Source: an uncultured Chloroflexia bacterium
GTDB taxonomy: Bacteria; Chloroflexota; Limnocylindria; Limnocylindrales; CSP1-4
Length of the DNA stretch: 64,000 nucleotides
Direction: 5' to 3'
Assembly: GCA_963837215.1 (NCBI GenBank)
Contig: CAWIML010000006.1
Coordinates: 2,271 to 66,270, forward strand
Made by a program: the position numbers and the translations under genes. This document shows, in pieces, positions 11,962 through 22,122 of this stretch; positions within the stretch are counted from its first letter, which is position 1; the number at the start of each line of letters is the position of its first letter. A model generated the notes under the pieces. It had not been told where the DNA came from. It saw only the letters and a list, made by a program, of their open reading frames with translations, and did no database searches.

Positions 11962-13798
11962 ATGACGATCACGAAAGGCCCGACCGGCCGACACGTGCCG
12001 GCCGCCGGCACGAAGGCCGCAACGGACGTCGAACGCGCTCGGACGCAGATGCTCCACGAGGCCAAGCCGCGCGGTCGGACCCGGATCGGTGCCGACGTCG
12101 TGCTCGAGGCGCTCCTGCGTCAGGGCGCCGACGTCCTCTTCGGCTATCCGGGCGGCGTCATCCTGCCGCTCTACGACGTCCTCGGGGACTACCCGGACCT
12201 TCGGCACGTGCTCGTCCGACACGAGCAGGGGGCGGCCCATGCGGCCGATGGCTACGCCCGCGCGACGGGCAGGGTGGGGGTGTGCTTGGGCACGTCCGGG
12301 CCTGGTGCCACGAACCTCGTGACCGGGCTCGCGACGGCGCAACTCGACTCCATCCCCGTCGTGGCCATCACCGGCAACGTGCCGTCGGCGCTCATCGGCA
12401 AGGATGCCTTCCAGGAGATCGACATCACCGGCATCACGCTGCCGATGACCAAGCACAACTACCTCGTGCGCGATGCAGACGAGCTGCCGCGTGTCCTCGC
12501 CGAAGCCTTCCACATCGCTCGTACCGGCCGGCCAGGCCCGGTCCACGTGGACATCACGAAGGATGCCCTGCAGCAGGAAACGACCGCGCCCCACCCCAGC
12601 GAGGAGGACGTCGTCGCCGGCCTGCCGGGCTTCAAGCCCAACTTCGACGGCCACCCCAAGCAGCTCAAGACCGCCGCCCGCGAGATCGACCACGCCCAGC
12701 GGCCGGTCATCCTGGCCGGCCACGGCGTCCTCGTGGCCGAGGCGTGGGACGACCTGCGCGCCTTCGCCGAGAAGACGCAGATCCCCGTGGCCCACACGCT
12801 CCTCGGAGTCGGCGGCATCGACGAGACGCATCCGCTGAGCTATGGCTTCATGGGCATGCACGGCTGGAAGCACGTCAACAAGGCCATCCAGTCGGCCGAC
12901 CTGCTCATCGCCCTGGGCATGCGCTTCGACGACCGCGTGACCGGCAAGGTGAGCACCTACGCACCCGGTGCACGGATCATCCACGTCGACATCGACCCCA
13001 GCGAGATCGGCAAGAACGTGGCCGTGGATGTGCCCATCGTGGGCGACGTCGGGCGCGTCCTGCGCGCGCTGACCCCGCTCGTCAAAGAGCGGCGATCGGA
13101 TGAGCGCGACCACCTACTTCGGCGAGCTGGCCGAGTGGCGGCGGGAGTCGGAGGGCGCCTCGTGGCATGGCTCGGGTGCCTGGCGCGATGGTCTGCTGAG
13201 CGCTGACTTCGTCATCCAGCGCATCGGGGAGCTGACCGATCACGATGCGACCCTCATCGCCGACGTCGGCCAGAACCAGATGTGGCTGGCTCGCTACGCC
13301 GGATTTCGACGCCCGAACTCGCATCTCAGCTCGGGCGGTCTGGGCACGATGGGGTATTCGATGCCGGCCGGCATGGGCGCGGCCCTCGGTCGGCCCGACA
13401 AGGAGACGTGGGCCATCGCCGGCGACGGCGGCTTCCAGATGACGCTCCAGGAGCTGGCCACGCTCGTCCAGGACCGCATCCCGGTCAAGATCGCCCTCTT
13501 CGACAACAAGAAGTTGGGCATGATCCGCCAGTGGCAGGAGATCATCTACGCTGGCAACTATCACTCGGCCAGCCTCTTCGGGCCCGACTACCTGAAGCTC
13601 TGCGAGGCCTATGGCATCCCGGCTTTCAGAGCCACCACGCCCGACCAGGTCGACGATGCCATCCGCGCGGCGCAGGCAGTGGACGGTCCGGCGCTCGTCT
13701 GGTTCGAGATCGCCGAAGAACAGAACGTCTTCCCCATGATGCCCGCCGGCAAGGGTCTCTCCGACCTCATCGAGAAGTGGGGCGGGGCGGACGAGTGA
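11962..13798 (+). CDS. ilvB: Acetolactate synthase large subunit (one frame change near ~13090)
   Basis: Track ORFs 11962..13206 (FGYPGG, HEQGAAHAADGYAR, GPGATNL) and 13100..13798 (GGLGTMGYSMPAGMGA, GDGGFQM) are the N- and C-terminal parts of one ThDP enzyme. ilvN and ilvC follow. Confidence 0.9.
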
Positions 13799-14415
13799 GC
13801 GCGACAGACGGCGCTCATCCCGCTGCGCCGACGACCGGCGCGGCCGCGGCGCCGACGATCGGGGCAGCCCCGGCGCCCGCCGCCCGCTATGTCCCGGGCT
13901 CCGGCGAGACCCGTCGCCACGTGCTGATCGCGATCGTCAACAACCGGCCCGGCGTCCTGAACCGCGTCTCGAGCCTGATGCGGGCCCGCAACTTCAACAT
14001 CGAGTCGCTGGCGGTCGGGCATACCGAGAATCCAGACGTCAGCCGCATGACCATCACCTTGCGCGGTGACGATTACGGCGTCGAGCAGGTCAGCAAGCAG
14101 CTCTACCGACTGATCGACGTTCTCAAGGTCCAGGACGTGACCGCCGAGCGGCGCGTCGAGCATGAGCTGGCGCTCATCAAGCTCCGAGTCACGAACGCCA
14201 GCCGAGCAGAGATCGTGACCATCGTCGAGCTCTACAAGGGTCGCGTCGTGGACCTGGCCGCAGATTCGGTCATCGTCGAGGCGACCGGGACCGAGGACGA
14301 GATCGACCGCCTGGTCGAGCTCGTCACCCCCTTCGGCATCAGAGAGCTGGTCCGGACCGGCAGCATCGTCATGCTGCGGGGAGCCCAGACCGTCGAATTC
14401 GAGGAGAAGGTCTGA
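13795..14415 (+). CDS. ilvN: Acetolactate synthase small (regulatory, ACT-domain) subunit
   Basis: A GTG at 13795 overlaps the ilvB stop (GTGA). [35 protein letters not shown].. is typical of IlvN/IlvH. It is in frame with track ORF 13282..14415. Confidence 0.85.
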   Translation: MSATDGAHPAAPTTGAAAAPTIGAAPAPAARYVPGSGETRRHVLIAIVNNRPGVLNRVSSLMRARNFNIESLAVGHTENPDVSRMTITLRGDDYGVEQVSKQLYRLIDVLKVQDVTAERRVEHELALIKLRVTNASRAEIVTIVELYKGRVVDLAADSVIVEATGTEDEIDRLVELVTPFGIRELVRTGSIVMLRGAQTVEFEEKV

Positions 14416-15473
14416 TGGGCGCACGCATGTACTACGACGCCGACGCGGATGCCTCGGCGCTGGCCGGCCGCACGGTCGCCATCATCGGCTATGGCAGCCA
14501 GGGCCATGCCCACGCGTTGAACCTGCGCGACTCCGGTGTCGACGTCGTCATCGGGCTCAAGGAGACCTCCAAGAGTCGAGCGCTGGCCTCCGAGGCGGGC
14601 CTGCGGGTGGCCACCGTCGCCGAGGCGGTCGCCGAGGCCGACGCGGTCATGATCCTCGTCCCCGACACCGAGCAGAAGGCCGTCTATGACGCGGACATCG
14701 CGCCCAACCTGCGCCCGGGCACCCTGCTCATGTTCGCTCACGGATTCAACATCCACTTCAAGCGGATCGATCCGCCGACGGGCATCGACGTCGGCATGGT
14801 CGCCCCCAAGGGCCCGGGTCATCTGGTCCGCTCGGTCTACGTCGAGGGCGGCGGCGTGCCGGCACTCTTTGCCGTGCATCGTGACGACAGTGGCACGGCA
14901 CGAGCGCGGACATTGGCCTACGCCCGTGCCCTCGGCTGCACGCGGGCCGGTGTCCTCGAGACGACCTTCGCCGAGGAGACCGAGACGGATCTCTTCGGCG
15001 AGCAGTCGGTCCTCTGCGGTGGCACCGCGTCGCTCGTCAAGATGGCCTTCGAGACGCTCGTCGAAGCCGGCTACCAGCCGGAGCTGGCGTACTTCGAGAC
15101 GATGCACGAGCTGAAGTTGATCGTCGATCTGCTCTACCGTGGCGGCCTCAACTTCATGCGCTTCAGCGTCAGTGACACGGCCGAATTCGGGGACTACGTT
15201 TCGGGGCCGCGCATCATCGACGACCACGTTCGAAAGACGATGCGCACTGTCCTGGCCGAGATCCAGGACGGCAGCTTCGCCGCCCGCTGGATCGCCGAGA
15301 ACGAGAGCGGCAAGGCGGACTTCCTGCGCATGCGACAGGCAGACCAGGACCACCAGATCGAGCGCGTCGGCGCCGAGCTCCGTCGCCAGATGCGCTGGCT
15401 CGACCCGGTCGAAGTGACCGCCGGCCAGGCGCAAGCCTCGGCCACCGGCTCCAGCGCTGCCGTGGGGCACTGA
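14415..15473 (+). CDS. ilvC: Ketol-acid reductoisomerase
   Basis: Intact 352 aa ORF with [19 protein letters not shown] and full-length KARI resemblance. Its start overlaps the ilvN stop by 1 nt. Confidence 0.95.
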   Translation: MGARMYYDADADASALAGRTVAIIGYGSQGHAHALNLRDSGVDVVIGLKETSKSRALASEAGLRVATVAEAVAEADAVMILVPDTEQKAVYDADIAPNLRPGTLLMFAHGFNIHFKRIDPPTGIDVGMVAPKGPGHLVRSVYVEGGGVPALFAVHRDDSGTARARTLAYARALGCTRAGVLETTFAEETETDLFGEQSVLCGGTASLVKMAFETLVEAGYQPELAYFETMHELKLIVDLLYRGGLNFMRFSVSDTAEFGDYVSGPRIIDDHVRKTMRTVLAEIQDGSFAARWIAENESGKADFLRMRQADQDHQIERVGAELRRQMRWLDPVEVTAGQAQASATGSSAAVGH

Positions 15474-17071
15474 TGGGCGAACCCGGACCAGCCGGCTGGG
15501 ACCCGAGGCGCATCCGCGTCTTCGACACCACGCTGCGTGACGGTGAGCAGGCGCCCGGTGCCGGGCTGACGGCCGAGGAGAAGCTGGAGGTCGCGCGTCA
15601 GCTCGTGCGCCTCAACGTCGACGTCATCGAGGCCGGCTTTCCGGCTGCTTCGCCGGGCGACTGGGAGGCGGTGCACCGCATCGCCAAGGAGACCAAGGGG
15701 GTGGCGGTGGCCGCCCTGGCGCGCTGCCGCGACGGCGACCCGCAACGGGCGGTCGAGGCGATCCGCGTCGCCGAACGACCACACCTCCACGTCTTCATCG
15801 CCACCTCGGACATCCACCTCAAGCACAAGCTCCGGGCGACGCGCGAGGAAGCGCTGGCCGCCGCCACCGAGTGGGTCCGCTATGGCCGCAAGGCGCTCGG
15901 CCCTGACGCCGAGATCGAGTTCAGCGCCGAGGATGCATCGCGCACGGACCCGGACTTCCTGCTCCGCATCTACGAAGCGGTCGTCGACGCCGGCGCCACC
16001 ACGGTCAACATCCCCGACACCGTCGGCTACGCAATCCCCTCGGAGTTCGGGGCGCTCGTCGGCTCGGTCGTTGCGCGCGTCGGCTCGGGCGCGGTCGTCA
16101 GCGTCCACTGTCACAACGACCTCGGCCTCGCCACGGCCAATACGCTGGCCGCGGTGCAGGCCGGCGCGCGCCAGGTCGAGGTGACCATCAACGGGCTGGG
16201 CGAGCGCGCAGGCAACGCCTCCCTGGAGGAGGTCGTCATGTCGCTGCGTACCCGGCCGACCCAGTTCCCGGACCTCGCCAGCCGCGTCGCCACCGAGCAG
16301 ATCACTGCCGCCAGCAGGCTCGTCAGCTACCTGACGGGCTTCGTCGTCCAGCCCAACAAGGCGGTCGTCGGCGGCAACGCCTTCGCCCACGAGTCGGGCA
16401 TCCATCAGGACGGCGTGCTCAAGAACCCGCTGACCTACGAGATCATGACCCCGCAATCGGTCGGGCTGACCGGGTCGACACTCTCGATCGGCAAGCTCTC
16501 CGGCCGCCGCGGGCTGCAGGGCAAGTTGCGGCAGCTCGGCCATGAGGTCGAGGGGCCCGGGCTGGACGTCATCTATCGTGAGGTCGTGGCTTTGGCCGAT
16601 GCCAAGAAGGAGGTCACCGACGCCGACCTGCTGGCGCTCGTCGAGCAGCTGGCCGCGGAGGCCTCGCCGAGCCCGGCAGGCAACGTCGAACTGACTGGCT
16701 GGAGCGTGACCTCGAGCCATGGCGGCCGCTCGCAGGGCAACGTCTCCCTGACCACGGCCGGTCGCAACGAGACGGCAGACGGGACCGGCAACGGCCCCGT
16801 GGACGCCCTCTTCGGCGCCGTCGACGCAGCCGTCGAGCCGATCCTGGGCTGGCACCCGGTGCTCATCGAGTACGAGATCCGTGCGGTCACCGCGGGTGAG
16901 GATGCGCAGGGCAACGTGCTCGTCCGCTGCCGGCGCTCGACCGACGACGATGACGGCCCCATCGGCACCGGCCACGGCCTCTCGACGAACATCATCGAGG
17001 CCTCGCTCGAGGGCTATGTCTCGGCGCTCAACAAGCTGCGAGACGCTGTCGTGCGCGAGGTGCGCGCATGA
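15473..17071 (+). CDS. leuA: 2-isopropylmalate synthase
   Basis: Intact 532 aa ORF with RVFDTTLRDGEQAPG, HCHNDLGLATANTLA and a C-terminal LeuA allosteric domain (GNGPVDALFGAVD..). Confidence 0.9.
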   Translation: MGEPGPAGWDPRRIRVFDTTLRDGEQAPGAGLTAEEKLEVARQLVRLNVDVIEAGFPAASPGDWEAVHRIAKETKGVAVAALARCRDGDPQRAVEAIRVAERPHLHVFIATSDIHLKHKLRATREEALAAATEWVRYGRKALGPDAEIEFSAEDASRTDPDFLLRIYEAVVDAGATTVNIPDTVGYAIPSEFGALVGSVVARVGSGAVVSVHCHNDLGLATANTLAAVQAGARQVEVTINGLGERAGNASLEEVVMSLRTRPTQFPDLASRVATEQITAASRLVSYLTGFVVQPNKAVVGGNAFAHESGIHQDGVLKNPLTYEIMTPQSVGLTGSTLSIGKLSGRRGLQGKLRQLGHEVEGPGLDVIYREVVALADAKKEVTDADLLALVEQLAAEASPSPAGNVELTGWSVTSSHGGRSQGNVSLTTAGRNETADGTGNGPVDALFGAVDAAVEPILGWHPVLIEYEIRAVTAGEDAQGNVLVRCRRSTDDDDGPIGTGHGLSTNIIEASLEGYVSALNKLRDAVVREVRA

Positions 17072-18330
17072 GCGCCGCCGAGCAGCCGGTCATGTCGGCC
17101 TGGGACCGGGCCGGCGATCCTTCCACGGCCGCTGGGCCCGGTGTCAGCGCGCGCCCTGCGACGCCGTACCGCGTGGTCGCCATCCCCGGCGACGGCATCG
17201 GGCCGGAGGTCATCGCCGCCGGTCGCCAGGTGCTCGACGCCGTCGCCTCCCGGATGGGCTTCGCCTTCGACTGGCACGAGCTGGTCGTCGGGGGTCGGGC
17301 CATCGATGACTACGGTGTGCCGATCCGCGACGAGGATCTGGCCGCGTGCGCCGAGGCCGACGCCATCTACCTCGGCGCCATCGGCGGCCCGAAGTGGGAC
17401 GATCCCAACGCCGCCGTTCGCCCCGAGCAGGCGCTCTTCGCGCTCCGTGGCGGCCTCGGCCTCTACGCCAACCTGCGCCCGATCACGGTCGAGCCCGCAT
17501 TGACGGGCGCTTCCCCGCTGCGCCCCACGCTCCTCCGCGGCGTGGACCTGCTCATCGTGCGCGAGCTGACGAGCGGCCTCTATTTCGGTCGTCCTTCTGA
17601 GGAGCGCGCGACACCCGATGGCCGCACCGCCATCGACACGCTGGCGTACACCGAGACGGAGATCCGTCGGGTCGTACGGCTCGCCTTCGGGTTGGCCGAG
17701 GGCCGTCGGGGCCGATTGACGAGCGTCGACAAGGCCAACGTGCTGGCCACGTCCCGACTCTGGCGCAAGGTCGTTGACGAGCTCCGCCCGGAGTTTCCGA
17801 GGGTCGTCGTCGAGCACCGCCTCGTCGACTCCGCGGCCATGCTGCTCATCCAGCATCCGGCCGCCTTCGACGTCCTCGTGACCGAGAACCTCTTCGGAGA
17901 CATCCTGAGCGACGAGGCCTCGGTGCTGGCGGGTTCGCTGGGCATGCTGCCGTCGGCCTCGATCGGCGAGCGCCGCACGGCGCACGGCCTCTTCGGCCTC
18001 TACGAGCCGGTCCACGGCTCGGCGCCCGACATCGCGGGCAAGGATCAGGCGAACCCGATCGGGACCATCCTCTCGGGGGCCATGATGCTGCGCTGGTCCT
18101 TCGGTCGCGCCGACGCGGCAGCCGTCGTGGAGAACGCCGTGCGCGCCGCCCTGCGCGACGGCTGGCGGACGCCCGATCTGCTGCCTTTAGGGGACGCCGA
18201 GTCGACGGCCACGTCCGCGGACCCCGGCCCCAGGTCCGCCGGCGCCGTCAGGCCCGCCGGCACCAGCACCTTCGCGACCGCCGTCATCGACCACCTGCCC
18301 CCGCCGAGCGGTCCGGGAGCGGCCTCGTGA
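17068..18330 (+). CDS. leuB: 3-isopropylmalate dehydrogenase
   Basis: 420 aa ORF with VAIPGDGIGPEV, LVTENLFGDILSDEAS and GSAPDIAGK. The first ~30 aa look like an extension, so the true start may be internal. ATGA overlap with leuA. Confidence 0.9.
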   Translation: MSAAEQPVMSAWDRAGDPSTAAGPGVSARPATPYRVVAIPGDGIGPEVIAAGRQVLDAVASRMGFAFDWHELVVGGRAIDDYGVPIRDEDLAACAEADAIYLGAIGGPKWDDPNAAVRPEQALFALRGGLGLYANLRPITVEPALTGASPLRPTLLRGVDLLIVRELTSGLYFGRPSEERATPDGRTAIDTLAYTETEIRRVVRLAFGLAEGRRGRLTSVDKANVLATSRLWRKVVDELRPEFPRVVVEHRLVDSAAMLLIQHPAAFDVLVTENLFGDILSDEASVLAGSLGMLPSASIGERRTAHGLFGLYEPVHGSAPDIAGKDQANPIGTILSGAMMLRWSFGRADAAAVVENAVRAALRDGWRTPDLLPLGDAESTATSADPGPRSAGAVRPAGTSTFATAVIDHLPPPSGPGAAS

Positions 18331-19970
18331 GCGACGCCATCCTCCTCTACGACACGACCCTCCGGGACGGCACGCAGCGCGAGGGCATGGTCCTCTCGTT
18401 GGCCGACAAGGTGCGCATCGCGCGCCGCCTCGACGAGGCCGGCTTCCCGTACATCGAGGGCGGTTGGCCGGGCTCCAACCCCAAGGACGTCGAGTTCTTC
18501 GAGGCGGCCCGCGGCATGACCTGGCGCAACGCTCGCATCGCGGCCTTCGGCTCCACGCGACATCGCGCGAACAGGCCGGAGCAGGACCCCAACCTGGCGG
18601 CGCTGGTCGAGGCCCGGACACCGGTCATCACCATCTTCGGCAAGAGCTGGCTGCTGCACGTGACGGAGGTCCTCGGCGCGACGCCAGAGGAGAACCTGGC
18701 CATGGTCGGCGATTCGGTCGCCTTCTGCCGCCAGGACGGTCGAGCCGAGGTGGTCTACGACGCCGAGCACTTCTTCGATGGCTACAAGACCGACCGCGCC
18801 TACGCGCTGGCGACGCTCCGGGCGGCTCACACTGCCGGCGCCGGGACGCTCGCCCTGTGCGACACGAACGGCGGCTGCATGACCGACGAGATCACGACCA
18901 TCGTCGGCGACGTCATCGCCACCCTCGACCTTGGCGGCGCGGTCCGCTACGGCATCCATGTCCACGATGATGCAGGTCTGGCCGTGGCCAACTCGCTGGC
19001 CGCCGTTCGCGCCGGGGTCAGCCACGTCCAGGGCACGGTCAACGGGTACGGCGAGCGCTGCGGCAACGCCAACATCGTGTCCATCTGGGCCGACCTCGGG
19101 CTCAAGATGGGCATCGAGACGGTGCCCGGCACGGCCGACCTGAGTGCGCTTGCCGAGTTGTCGAGGTACGTCGCCGGCATCGCCAACATCACGCCCGACG
19201 CCCATGCTCCGTATGTCGGCGCAAGCGCCTTCGCCCACAAGGGTGGCGTGCATGGTGCGGCGACAGCCAAGGTCCGCGATGCCTACCAGCACATCGACCC
19301 GGCACTCGTCGGTAACGAGACCCGCCTCGTCGTCTCGGAGCTCGGCGGTCGCGTCAATACGCAATGGCGGGCGGAGCAGCTCGGTCATGAGCTCGAAGGC
19401 GTCGTCGATCCGCGCGAGCTGAGCCAGCTCATCAAGCAGCTCGAGTCCGAAGGGGCCAGCTTCGAGGGCGCCGAGGCCTCCTTCGAGCTCCTCATCCGCC
19501 GCCACGGCCGAGACTACGTGGCGCCCTTCAAGCTGCTTGACTTCACGGTCCTCGTGGAGCAGCGCGACGGCCAGGACCTGCGGGCCGAGGCCACGGTCAA
19601 GGTCGAGGTCGATGGCGAGGTGCTCCATACCGCGGCGGACGGCAACGGCCCCGTCAACGCCCTGGATGCGGCCTTGAGGAAGGCACTCCGCGCCTTCTAC
19701 CCGCAGCTCGACGGCGTCCATCTCGTGGATTACAAGGTGCGCATCCTCGACGGCGACGCAGCCACGGCGGCCAAGACGCGCGTCGTCATCGACTCCCTGG
19801 CGGAGTGGGGAACCTGGTCCACGGGTGGCTCCGACACGAACATCATCGCCGCCTCCTGGCAGGCGCTCGGCGATTCGCTCGAGTACGCGCTCTGGAAGAG
19901 CGGCGCTCAGTCGTCTGAGCGTCGCGACGAGCGGCACTTCACGACCGCCAGTCCAGGAGGTGCAACATGA
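18327..19970 (+). CDS. cimA: Citramalate synthase-type LeuA-family enzyme
   Basis: Intact 547 aa ORF with LYDTTLRDGTQREG, IEGGWPGSNPKDVEFF, HVHDDAGLAVANSLA and a C-terminal regulatory domain. This pattern resembles the bacterial citramalate synthase subgroup. The assignment rests on resemblance only. Confidence 0.75.
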   Translation: MSDAILLYDTTLRDGTQREGMVLSLADKVRIARRLDEAGFPYIEGGWPGSNPKDVEFFEAARGMTWRNARIAAFGSTRHRANRPEQDPNLAALVEARTPVITIFGKSWLLHVTEVLGATPEENLAMVGDSVAFCRQDGRAEVVYDAEHFFDGYKTDRAYALATLRAAHTAGAGTLALCDTNGGCMTDEITTIVGDVIATLDLGGAVRYGIHVHDDAGLAVANSLAAVRAGVSHVQGTVNGYGERCGNANIVSIWADLGLKMGIETVPGTADLSALAELSRYVAGIANITPDAHAPYVGASAFAHKGGVHGAATAKVRDAYQHIDPALVGNETRLVVSELGGRVNTQWRAEQLGHELEGVVDPRELSQLIKQLESEGASFEGAEASFELLIRRHGRDYVAPFKLLDFTVLVEQRDGQDLRAEATVKVEVDGEVLHTAADGNGPVNALDAALRKALRAFYPQLDGVHLVDYKVRILDGDAATAAKTRVVIDSLAEWGTWSTGGSDTNIIAASWQALGDSLEYALWKSGAQSSERRDERHFTTASPGGAT

Positions 19971-20503
19971 GCGACGCCGCCCTCGACACGCAGCGCATCC
20001 ACCTGGCGCGCTGGAGCTGCACGACCGGCTCCAACGTCCAGAGCCGCGGGGTCGTGGTCCTCGAGAGCGGCGACCACCGTTGGGAGGCGACCGCCGAGGG
20101 CAACGGCGCCGTCGATGCGCTCTTCGGAGCGGTGGATACGGCGTTGGCCGGCGTCCTCACCGGCCATCCCCGGCTCATCGGCTACGACGTCCATGCGCTG
20201 GCGGAGGGGCCAGACGCCGAGGGCCGCGTGACCGTCCGGCTTGCTCCGCCGCCAGGCGCCGAGGGCGCGCGGTCCGAAGGCGCCTATGAGGGCACGTCCA
20301 CGTCGCCGAACATCATCGCGGCCTCGGTCGAGGCCTACATCGAGGCCATCAACGACCTCTTGGCCGAGGCGCACTGGGCCGGAGCGACCGACGCCGCCGG
20401 GAACCGGGCGCGCACCGCGACGAAGTCCCTCGACGCCGCCGCCTCGACCGAGTTCGACGAAGAAGCCGCCCGCCACGACACGACCGCCTGGTTCGAGCGC
20501 TAG
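19967..20503 (+). CDS. Stand-alone LeuA allosteric/dimerisation-domain protein
   Basis: Intact 178 aa ORF. WEATAEGNGAVDALFGAVDTALAGVLTGHPRLIGYDVHALAEGPDAEGRVTV..SPNIIAASVEAYIEAINDLL aligns by eye with the C-terminal domain of the leuA product in this window (..GNGPVDALFGAVDAAVEPILGWHPVLIEYEIRAVTAGEDAQGNV..STNIIEASLEGYVSALNKL). There is no catalytic TIM-barrel part. Confidence 0.7.
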   Translation: MSDAALDTQRIHLARWSCTTGSNVQSRGVVVLESGDHRWEATAEGNGAVDALFGAVDTALAGVLTGHPRLIGYDVHALAEGPDAEGRVTVRLAPPPGAEGARSEGAYEGTSTSPNIIAASVEAYIEAINDLLAEAHWAGATDAAGNRARTATKSLDAAASTEFDEEAARHDTTAWFER

Positions 20504-20564
20504 GTCAGATCTCCGTTTCGAGTCGGACCGGCTCCGTGGGTCGATCCGCCCGTCATCGCGCCGG

Positions 20565-20969
20565 TCAGTGGCTGACGACTTTCTCCATCGCGCCGGCGCT
20601 GACGATCCATGCCTCGACCGTGGCCTCCGATGGGAGGCGGCGGATCCAGTTCGGGCGGGCGGCGTCGATCTCCTGGAAGGTTCGGGCCAGGTTGGCCGCA
20701 TTCCGCTGGGTGAGTTCGGCCGGTGAGTCAACGCCGGCGGCTTCGAGCAGGTCCGCGTACTCGGGACCGACGCCCTCGACGCGCATCAGGTCGACGTGGT
20801 TGACCCACTTCAGGAGCTGGTGGGCAGAGATCCCTGTCGCCGCAGCGACCTTTTCGCGACCGGCGGCACCCGCCGCCGCCATGATCAGATCGTCGGTGGT
20901 GGCGATGCCCACCTCGCCGAGCTTGGCCGCGTGAGCGGCTCCGATGCCCTCGACCTCGTCGATGCGCAT
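20565..20969 (-). CDS. DUF4332-like helix-hairpin-helix protein
   Basis: Intact 134 aa ORF with two repeats of the pattern VEGIGxxxAxxLxxxGIxTxxDL/EL. Confidence 0.65.
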   Translation of the reverse strand: MRIDEVEGIGAAHAAKLGEVGIATTDDLIMAAAGAAGREKVAAATGISAHQLLKWVNHVDLMRVEGVGPEYADLLEAAGVDSPAELTQRNAANLARTFQEIDAARPNWIRRLPSEATVEAWIVSAGAMEKVVSH

Positions 20970-21213
20970 GTCGTATCTCCTTTCGCCCCCCGCTGACCCC
21001 CCGACTCCGTCGGGTGACCCCCATCCCGTCTGCTAGACGCCGATGGCCAGCGCCAGCGCGTTCGACTTGAGGAGGAAGGATCTGAACTCGGAGCCCATTT
21101 GGTCCCCTGAGGTACCCCTGATGGAGCCTCATGCCACGATGCGGCGTCGCTCCCCGAGCATACTCCGACGGACGACGCTCGGCGACGCACGGTGGCGGGG
21201 CTAGACTCCGGCC

Positions 21214-22107
21214 ATGACCCGCTACGCATATTCGGGGGAGCCTGGTGCGTTCGCGGAGGACGCAACACTGGCGTTCGATCCCGACGCCGAGGCCGTCCCG
21301 ACCCATGGCTTCCGCGACGTCTTCGAGGCGGTCGTGGCCGCTCGGCGCCCGGCAGACGGGGCCGGCGAACCGCCTGTCGAACGAGGCGTGGTGCCCATCG
21401 AGAACGTCGTCCAGGGCACGGTCCGCGAGATCTACGACCTGCTCCTCGAGCACGACCTGGTCATCGTCGGCGAGGTCATCGTGCCCGTCCACCTCTGCCT
21501 CGCGGCGCTGGCCGGCGAACGCCTGGAGTCGATCGAGCGCGTCTACTCCCACGTCCAGGCGCTCGGCCAGGCGGAGACCTTCCTACGAACGCGGCCATGG
21601 AGCCTGCTGACGACCTACAACACCGCTGGCGCGGGTCGCTCCATCGTCGACCGGCAGGAGCACGGCGCCGCTGCTGTCCTCTCGCCACGGGCGGCGTCGC
21701 GCCTCGGCCTCACGATCCTGGCCGACGCGATCCAGACCGTGCCCGAGAACCGCACCCGGTTCCTGGTCATCGCCCGGCCAGGCAGCGCGCCCCTGGCTGC
21801 TGCATCCGGTGCCGAGCGACCGGAGTCAGGCAGTCGCCCCGCCTATCGCACGACGCTGGTCATGGCCGTCAGGAACGAGCCCGGCGCGCTCGTGCGCTGC
21901 CTCGAGGTCCTCGCCGCGGCGGGGCTCAACATGGGCAAGCTGGAGTCGCGTCCCAGCCGTGACCGCGCCTGGGAATACGTCTTCTGGGTCGAGCTGGATG
22001 CCGACGCCGACGACGCGGCCACGGCCGCCGCCATCAGCGAGCTCGAGCGGGCGGCCTCGATGGTGCGGGTGCTCGGCTCGTGCCCGAGGGCGGCCGACCC
22101 CGTCTGA
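21214..22107 (+). CDS. pheA: Prephenate dehydratase
   Basis: Intact 297 aa ORF with a PDT domain (ENRTRFLVI) and an ACT domain (ESRPSRDRAWEYVFWVE). Confidence 0.9.
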   Translation: MTRYAYSGEPGAFAEDATLAFDPDAEAVPTHGFRDVFEAVVAARRPADGAGEPPVERGVVPIENVVQGTVREIYDLLLEHDLVIVGEVIVPVHLCLAALAGERLESIERVYSHVQALGQAETFLRTRPWSLLTTYNTAGAGRSIVDRQEHGAAAVLSPRAASRLGLTILADAIQTVPENRTRFLVIARPGSAPLAAASGAERPESGSRPAYRTTLVMAVRNEPGALVRCLEVLAAAGLNMGKLESRPSRDRAWEYVFWVELDADADDAATAAAISELERAASMVRVLGSCPRAADPV

Positions 22108-22122
22108 GGCGCGCGCGCCGCG

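Noticed and set aside
11951-11965. Mini-ORF ATG ACC GAG CGA TGA overlapping the ilvB start, right after GGAGG
   Set aside because: It is only 4 codons, and the RBS spacing to this ATG is about 2 nt. I cannot separate it from chance. I note it only as a possible complication for the ilvB start.
15194-19937. Long minus-strand ORFs 15194..16975 (593 aa), 17014..18015 (333 aa) and 18045..19937 (630 aa)
   Set aside because: They lie antisense to intact leuA, leuB and cimA. Their composition is dominated by R/G/D/A/V with no motifs. They are GC-driven open frames, not genes.
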